A stretch of 64,000 nucleotides of DNA from assembly GCA_951406725.2 (NCBI GenBank), contig OX597827.1:17608001-17672000 (forward strand). Direction: 5' to 3'. Each line of letters starts with the position of its first letter. Within the stretch, counting starts at the first letter, position 1. The notes under the pieces were generated by a model. It searched no databases and was not told the origin of the DNA. It saw nothing but the letters and a program-made list of their open reading frames with translations. Shown here piece by piece: positions 55,368-64,000 of this stretch. Source of the DNA: Octopus vulgaris. Its lineage: Eukaryota. Both the position numbers and the translations under genes were made by a program.

Positions 55368-55842
55368 ATGCGCGTGTGTGCGCGTGCGTGTTTGTGTGTT
55401 TGTGTAAGTGTGTGTCTGAGTGTGTGTGTGTATGCTTGCTTGAGTATTTTTGGTTTAGAATAACGTGCAAAGTGCTTATAGAACGGCTATTCCCAAAAGC
55501 AGTTCTTTCAAGTGCTCTCGAAGGTTCAGAAAATTCTTATATCAGCAATATATATATATATATATGCACACACACATTATATTTATGTACATATATACAT
55601 ATACGAATGTGTATATGTATGTGCGTTTGTATGTGGGTATACACGTATCTCGTATATGTATACTTATAGCGTATTTTTCCATCCAACGAGAGATAAATAT
55701 CACTAAACGCAGGATTTCAATGTGAGACACTATCCTTTTCAGGCTTGTATAGCGAACGTCCATTGAGGTGTCAGACGCATGAAACCTGTAGAAGCTCGCA
55801 ATTGAATCATATATAAGTACACACACACACACACACACATAC

Positions 55843-55905
<63 letters not shown>

Positions 55906-55947
55906 TATATACATATATGCATTGAAATCACATGTAAGTATATACAC

Positions 55948-56353
55948 GTGGATGTGTGGTAAGTAGCTTGCTTACCAACCACATGGTTATAGGTTCAGTC
56001 TCCCACTGCGTGACACCCTGGGCAAGTATCTTCTACTATAGCCTCGAGCCAACCAAAGCCTTGTGAGTAGATTTGGTAGACGGAAACTGAAAGAAGCCCG
56101 TCGTACATATGTATATATATATGTGGGGGAGGGTCTGTGTGTGTTTGTCTGTCTATGTTTGTCACCCCAACATCGCTTGACAACCAGATGGTGGTGTGTT
56201 TACGTCCCCGTAACTTAGCGGTTCTGCAAAACGGGCCGATAGACTATGTACTAGGCTTACAAAGCATAAGTTCTGGGGTCGATTTGCTCGACTAAAGGGG
56301 GTGCTCCTGCATGGCCGCAGTCAAATGACTGAAACAAGTAAAAGAGTAAAAGA
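55948..56353 (+). mobile_element. SINE family A
   Basis: Slightly 5'-truncated copy. Confidence 0.9.
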
Positions 56354-56650
56354 ATATATACGTATAAGCACATAAATACAGATATATATTACATATACGA
56401 ACATGTATGTAGGAGTTGATGTATAACGAGAGATATGGAGAGTGTTTATATATGTATGTGCGTAAAAGTTTATGCATATCTGAATACGAGGACGTATGTG
56501 TGTACGTGAGTGTTTATGAGCGTATATATGAATGTAATTGTATAATACAAAGACGCTTAATATTTTCATTATCTCTTAACTATTATTGAATCATATCGAT
56601 TATAACTTGAAATGGTAATAAGACATATATATATGCATGTATATATGTAT

Positions 56651-56695
<45 letters not shown>

Positions 56696-56700
56696 CACAT

Positions 56701-56749
<49 letters not shown>

Positions 56750-56797
56750 TCTATATATACGTATATATATATATGCATGTATATATACGTATATGTC

Positions 56798-56893
<96 letters not shown>

Positions 56894-57033
56894 TTTATAC
56901 GCATGCAATGGTATATACATATATGATATAATAATATCAAAAATATATTATCCTAGCTGGCTAATATGTATCATGCACATAACGACGAAACCGGGTATAT
57001 TTGCGTACGTATGAGTGTGCGTACGCGTATGGA

Positions 57034-57075
<42 letters not shown>

Positions 57076-57292
57076 GTGTGTGTGTTAGGTCCTAGCCGTT
57101 CATCCATCCACTTGTGTTTCAACTGGATTCATATCCGATTAAATGTCAAATTCAATAGGACTTATATGTGAAATGTAATAATGAAATTCCTTTTGTTATG
57201 TTCGAAAGCTTTGATCTGAATTCCCGCCTGAATAATGCTTAAGAAGATCTTTTAATGGTGAGTTTTGTCGCATGTGACGCTTCTATGCCTTC

Positions 57293-57390
<98 letters not shown>

Positions 57391-57483
57391 GTGTGTGTGT
57401 GTCTGTGAGAGAGTGTGTGTTTATGAATGAGTGTTTGTGTGTGTTTGTGTAGTTAAGTGTCGATTTGTGTTTGTATGTATATG

Positions 57484-57585
<102 letters not shown>

Positions 57586-58315
57586 TATGAATACATATAT
57601 GTATTTTTGTCTGTGTATGTGTGAGTATGCATGTGTGTGTGTGTGTGCGCGTGTATGTGCATGCGTGTGCGTGTGTAGATGTGTGTGTGTGTGTGTGTAA
57701 ATAAATCTATGGTTATGTATATAAGTGTATGTGTTTGTGCGTGTGCTCGTGAAGTTAAAACAAAATGGCGTAATGTTACACAGCTACTCTCAGAGACGCA
57801 TAAATCAGTCAAGCGCACGTATAAATGTGCAGACTGGTAGAGGCAAACGGACTGGCGCACACGCACACATACATACATACATACATACATACATACATAC
57901 ATACATACATACATGCATACATACATACAAACATACATACATACATACATGCATACATACATACATACATACATACATACACACACACATACATACATAC
58001 ATACATACATACAAACATACATACATACAAACATACATACATACATACATACATACATACATACATACATACATACATACATACATACATACATACATAC
58101 ATACATACATAATATATATATACGTATATATGTATGTATGTATGAATGTATTGTACATGTACACGTGGGTATACTTCCTTAACCAGTTTTCTTTCTCCAA
58201 AACAGCGTCACTGATAACTAAAAGGGTAAATCTGAAAGACATTTTTTTATGTTATTCTTTCTGAGTATGTTTGTGTGTTTATACACATCTCACATTTTAT
58301 ACTCTCATTTTTAAT

Positions 58316-58380
<65 letters not shown>

Positions 58381-58651
58381 ATATATATATATATATATAT
58401 ATGCATGCATGTATGCATGTATGTATGCATGTATGCATGTATGTATATATGTATATATAGATATGTGTATGTATATATATATATATATATACACGACTAG
58501 TTATGTATATCCACATATATCCACATGCATGTGTTTGTGTAGAGATAAATATATACATGTATGTATATGCTGATATATATGTGTATCCCAAAGAACAGAT
58601 TATGGGTATACTATGTTCTTCGCGGTACAGAAGTGTGCGCGTGTGTGTGTG

Positions 58652-58696
<45 letters not shown>

Positions 58697-58703
58697 ATTT
58701 ATG

Positions 58704-58737
<34 letters not shown>

Positions 58738-59621
58738 TATATATACATATGTGTGTGTGTGTGCATATGTACGTATGTATACTGTATATTGTATATATAT
58801 ATATATATACAATATACAATACACAATACACACATACACACGCACATTACTCGTGCGCGCAATCTCTCATTGGTATATATTCCGTCGTTCGTTCAAGGCT
58901 TCAATTTATCTAAGTCTGTAACTGCTAACACCACACTTTCGCCGCTGTTATAGCATAGATCTATCATGTTGATATCTAGACTGTTAGATGTCAAGGTTAT
59001 TGGTTGTTTGTCTGGAACATTTATGGGAAAACTTGCCAACTTAATGTCTCAGTATACTTCGATTTGCAACTAATTTTTTTATAGACATATTTCAGATATT
59101 GAATCGTTGTATAGCGTTGGATTATTTCCTTATGCATATATACATACTTACTTATGTGCAAAAGTTGTTTAAGAATTAGTCTAGACATTATTTGTGTTTC
59201 CTACAGTATCACTCAGACAGCATCCACTGAAGGATATTAAAACCGAATAACATGAAGATGCTGCTCCGTAGTCGCAAAGCCTGGTTTTCATAGCTCGGTA
59301 CGGAACTATTTAAGAAGTATATGGCCATCACCACCCATGTTCTACACGACTGCAAAATTGCAAAACAAATATGCAAATATTCATGATAGATATATATTTA
59401 AGAAATCCCCCAGCCGATGTAATAAACATACTTTGGGCAGACCTGGCTGAATCGTAAAGAGTGTGTCTCCCAGGCAAATTCCCTGTGTTCAGTCGCACTG
59501 CAGAACGCCTTGGGCAAATGACTTCTGGTAACGTCCCGGGCCGACCAAAGCCTTGTGAGTGGATGTACTCGATGAAAATTGAATATATACATATATGTGT
59601 ATATATACATATATATATAAG

Positions 59622-60080
59622 GTTAATCCAAACGGGAAAACAGAAAAAACAACAACACGTGGAACAATTACAGTATTATTATTATTAGGCGCTCAGGAAA
59701 ATGGAAGAAGGAGGGTATGACGTTTCGAGCGGAGCTCTTCGTCGGAAACATAGGAGAAAGAAAGATCCCGAGACGGGAGGACAGAGGAAAAAAATTTGCA
59801 GGTAGTCTTCACGAGGTCACATGCTAAAAAGACGGAAGTAGTAAAAAAGGAGGAAAATGTTTTTTAAAAACAGGAGAGCTGAATCAAAGAGGGAATGGTA
59901 AAAAAGGTGTGCGAGATGACGAGGGTGTGTGTGTGAGTGTGTGCGTGTGCGTGTGTGTATGTGTGTGTGAGGCGAGATAAAAAAACAAAAATTATGTATA
60001 TGTTAGTGCGTGCAGGGCGAACGGATGACATAGCAAGTCTCGAGTGAGTGGTCAGTGGTAAAAAAAGGGGAGGAAGGAGA
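59622..60080 (-). mobile_element. PLE-like 3' terminus, family 2
   Basis: Homologous to 21659-21821; shares GCGCTCAGGAA and ACGTTTCGAGC..GCTCTTC with family 1. Confidence 0.7.
59715..59749 (-). ncRNA. minimal hammerhead-like motif, PLE family 2
   Basis: GUUU-CCGACGA-A-GAGC(UCC)GCUC-GAA-ACGU-C-AUAC; the sister copy at about 21740 has AAAC, which restores stem I. Confidence 0.55.
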
Positions 60081-60356
60081 TATATAAATTAATAAATAAA
60101 TAAAATATATGCATATATACATACATATATGTACGTACCTACCTCTACATGTATATATACATGCATATATGGGCACAGGACACCAAAAAAACGTCGAACA
60201 CAATGAGAAACGAAAACATAAACACAAAACCAAGGAAATGGACATATTTTTAAAACAACGAAAAAATAGAGTAATATATGCATATATTTTATTTATTTAT
60301 TAATTTATTATATCACAGAACGCACGCATCCCTTTCTAAGTAAGATTTTTCTATAT

Positions 60357-60427
<71 letters not shown>

Positions 60428-60514
60428 CGAAGATATTTATACACATGCATATTTATACAACTGTATATATCCATACATATGTATATATAGATAGATTGAT
60501 TGATAGATAGATAT

Positions 60515-60574
<60 letters not shown>

Positions 60575-60821
60575 CTGGATGTATATCTGTGCGTATTTTT
60601 GTGTTTGTCTTTAGCCTTCCTCCCACCGATTGCAGCATGTTTTGGCTTGTTTACGTTCCTGTGACTTGGAGGTTCGGCATAAGAGACTGTGAGAATAAGT
60701 ACCGGATTTCTACAAAATAAGTACTGGGGGATATTAGTTCGACAAAAAAAAACCCCTGTACTGTGGTACCCCAGCATGGCTGCAGTCCAATGACTGAAAT
60801 TAATAAAGAGATAAGGAAAAG

Positions 60822-61231
60822 TGATCTTTTCGGTTTGAACGGCAGTTTTTCTAGCGGTGTCATGAAATTGTCACCCATAATTATGACCCTAGTATCGATC
60901 TATTGCATTTCAATCTGTTTTAGGGTTAGGGTTAGTTAGGTGGGGGTATCTTTTTTTCTTCAGAAATGTAACTAAACCCAATCTGTTTCTTAAACGAGGG
61001 ACATATTCATACGGTACAGAATGTTTTCACCTTAACAGACATCATTGATTGGTTGAAATTGCAGAAATTGAAGAAAATAAAACAACAAATATCTTGCAAA
61101 CTATAGAATTTTCTCAATAAAGCCAAGAGAAAAATATGTTTTATAAACACATTCTACCAGTATACGAAGTTTAACATTTTTTAGTTGCCTAGAAATTATG
61201 TTAAAAACTGCCGTTCAAACCGAAAATATCC
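60822..61231. mobile_element. 410-bp MITE, second copy
   Basis: Same TIRs as 34343-34752; TSD AGGAAAAG (60814-60821 / 61232-61239). Confidence 0.88.
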
Positions 61232-62377
61232 AGGAAAAGTTATGATTTTGTGTCCTTTACATGGACCTGGGAAATTTGCATCACCTAACTCATAGAAATG
61301 GTCGTCCATCGGTTTTGACGGATGCGTCGGTCGTAGAGATTTTCGATAACTAGTCAACGATAATCAATCGGTAAAGAGAAGTTCTAAACAAATTGGTTCC
61401 CAAAATCTATACATTTACTATAGCATTGTAATTTACCCGTTTGCTGTAGCATTAGCTTCCACCTCATTTTACATTGGAAGCAAAAACAGATGCATTCTAG
61501 CGTGATTATAGAGAAATGAAAATTCATAAATATGGATACAGAAATTGCGGGTGATTGTAAATTTTGTAAATCACTGTAGTGGCATTGAATCCATTATAAC
61601 CTGCAGGGAATCTATGGATTGAAAATTATTTTATATTTCTTGTTTATTTTAAGATTTCCATATTAGCATTGACATTCTTTGGTTGTTAGAATAAATAATA
61701 TTTCATGTGAATGGAAATATCAATAAATACAACGGCCATGATTATGTAAAAAACGAATCTCATGTATCATCGGTAAAATCTTTCAGATTAGTCCCTTGAT
61801 GTTGTTGCCTATGATATGCTAGAACTGTTTTCTATAAACCGACATTTAAGAGTAGGCGACGCATGCCAAAAGGTATTATACTGTATTATAATAAGGGAAT
61901 AAGGCCAATGTTTTGCGATAGATTTGTACACACAATAACAGTTCGTGATCCAAAGCCAAAGTAAGATTACAACTCGATACAGCCTCCTAGCTCTAACATA
62001 ATGTCATATGTCATCCCTTGAGGTATAACGACTTAAGCATTGAAGCGTAATTGAATGCCAGTAATATCACACCATTTCAACATGTGTTTTAGTGTACGTA
62101 ATTAGGGGACACATGTTCTGGTCTTACGTTAAAGATAAAGGCAACACATGATTTTACGCGCTCAAAAAAAAACCGCAGAGTAGAAAAGATAAAAGAGCTT
62201 GTTACGAAGGTGGTTATTAACAATGTATGTCGACAACGATGCAGCCTTAAAACATAAAATTTTGGAAAATGATTTGGTTTCCGTGATAACGAGAACGCTC
62301 TATCTTTGTATGTCTATGAAAGATTTGCTTGGCATGTACATGACTGCAAATACGTACGTACGCATACCCTCATAAAT

Positions 62378-62434
<57 letters not shown>

Positions 62435-62734
62435 TGTGTATGTGTGTGTGTGTGTGTTTAAGCGTGTGTGTGTCTGTGTTTAAGTGTGTATGTTCAAAAA
62501 CACACACACTTGCAAACGGACCACACACTTATATGAAATGTTTAGTTTGTACCTCCACATATATGCATGTGTATATATATATGTATGCTTTCGGTAGATT
62601 TTTTACATATAACTATCCTTGTGTTGAGCGTGTTATCTCCTCCCCACCTGGGTCGTGCCCCTTTGGGGATATGAACTCTTCTGACGAATGTGTATCTTTA
62701 TTTTCTTATTATCAAATTTTCTGTTCCTATATAT

Positions 62735-62911
62735 AAGAAAGTTCGAAACCTATACTAGCCTCCGAATTGGATATCACTGCACTCTTACAAAGGTCCCAGC
62801 TATTCTTTCTAGAGTGAGGGCCATGTACTGCGATAGCTTGGGATTCAAGGGCCCACAGTTATTTAATGGATTTCCAAAGTATTTGAGGGATCTTCATGGA
62901 ATAGGGGTAGA
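62735..62911 (+). mobile_element. CR1/L2-group LINE ORF2 C-terminal fragment
   Basis: RAMYCDSLGFKGPQLFNGFPKYLRDLHG: the (W/F)N.LP C-terminal motif region. Confidence 0.7.
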
Positions 62912-63299
62912 TATACGTTTTGAAATTCAAATTCATTCTAAGATGAGAAATTGACAGAATTACATTCTGTTCGTTTTGAAATCTTTTGTATCATCCTTAG
63001 ATATCTTATGAATAAACGAAAGCATTTCTCTCATTTTTAATATATTCAGTTCTTCAGTTCTTCCTTAAATAAATGGTTTTGACAATCTCGCAGATACATA
63101 CATGTATGTATGTGGTAGTAGTGAAAGCGTGTGTGTGTATATGTATTCTTTGATCAATTTATGTTTCAGATCAATAGATGTGATCATAGTGGAGCAGCGC
63201 CAGCGTAATCACCTTTCAATGGCCATTCTTAAGCGATCGGCTTTTGGAGAAGGAGGGAGTCCAACACAGCTGCTTTTTTTTTTCGAGTTTCTTTCCATA

Positions 63300-63530
63300 A
63301 TATGGGTTCATCTGGAACTATGGACAGCAGAAGGTCAAGTTGTTTCTTGAAAACATCTACCCTTATTCCATGAAGATCCCACAAATACTTTGGCGAGCCA
63401 TTAAATAACTGTGGGCCCTTGAATCCCATGCTATCGCAGTACATGGCCCTCACTCTAGACAGGATAGCTGGGACCTTTGGAACAGTGCAGTGATATCCAA
63501 TTCAGAGGCTAGTATAGGTCTCGGACTTTC
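63300..63530 (-). mobile_element. CR1/L2-group LINE ORF2 C-terminal fragment, inverted sister copy
   Basis: RAMYCDSMGFKGPQLFNGSPKYLWDLHGIRVDVFKKQLDLLLSIVPDEP (FK..LD..L motif). Confidence 0.72.
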
Positions 63531-64000
63531 TTTTTTCAGAGTCATCTATGGCCTTCTGATATTCTGTTTGTATTTTGATCTGATTTGATATTTTCTTTTT
63601 CTTTCATGTGAGGATGAAGAATTTTTAACTATTACGGTACCCACATAAATTTACTAAGAGGATATGATTGTTCCTGAAGTACCAGATGCACCAAGAATGA
63701 CAAAACTTCGTGCTTTGACCTTTCAAGCGCCATATGCAACTTTATACTTTTGCGCTTTTTCAGGTGTTATAAATCTAAAAGATAAGTCGATGTAAAGAGA
63801 GGGACTTATAGTTTAAATGCCTGTGTTTGAATTTACCCTCTCTTATTCCGATGTTCGATCTCAGAGATTGCGTGTCATTTGGAAATAACTTTGTGGCTTG
63901 GTATGTCAATGGTATGTCAATGCCCCAGTATTTTGAGTCGATGTACTCAGTGTATGTATGTAGACTAACTTGCACTCATATGAAAAATTCATTTATAGAT

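Larger units (their letters stand above)
59440..60815 (+). mobile_element. old SINE A split by about 1 kb of insertions in its internal microsatellite
   Basis: Head 59440-59582 (CCTTGGGCAAATG..CCGACCAAAGCCTTGTGAGTGGAT) and tail 60600-60815 (CAGCATGGCTGCAGTCCAATGACTGAAA). Confidence 0.65.

Noticed and set aside
63775-63975. KYWGIDI peptide resembling the LINE RT KYLG motif
   Set aside because: Too degenerate and cut by the window edge to support a call.

Overview
Eukaryotic, AT-rich, microsatellite-saturated intronic or intergenic DNA. The repeat families resemble those of coleoid cephalopods, most likely Octopus (inference from recalled SINE families, not a database hit). No intact host gene or autonomous transposon was found. 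Nearly all listed ORFs are translations of (TA)n, (TG)n, (TACA)n, (GATA)n or (ATT)n tracts, or of SINEs. The window holds a layered mobile-element community (family letters are my own labels): tRNA-derived SINEs A, B, C and E with swapped heads and tails; Penelope-like element (PLE) 3' ends, one with a GIY-YIG remnant, carrying minimal hammerhead-ribozyme-like motifs; a Tx1/L1-type LINE ('D') sitting in one orientation in (TATC)n repeats; a bipartite RTE-derived element; three non-autonomous Helitrons and a Helitron helicase fossil; Chapaev3-like and mariner transposase fossils; two 410-bp MITEs with 8-bp TSDs; and CR1/L2-type fragments. The best leads are the hammerhead-like motifs with a compensatory base-pair change, the (TATC)n-targeted LINE, fixed-junction 184-bp SINE concatemers, two different SINEs inserted at the same site in two paralogous segments, and three fold-back palindromes at retroelement ends. 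Coordinates were read by eye and may be off by a few bases.
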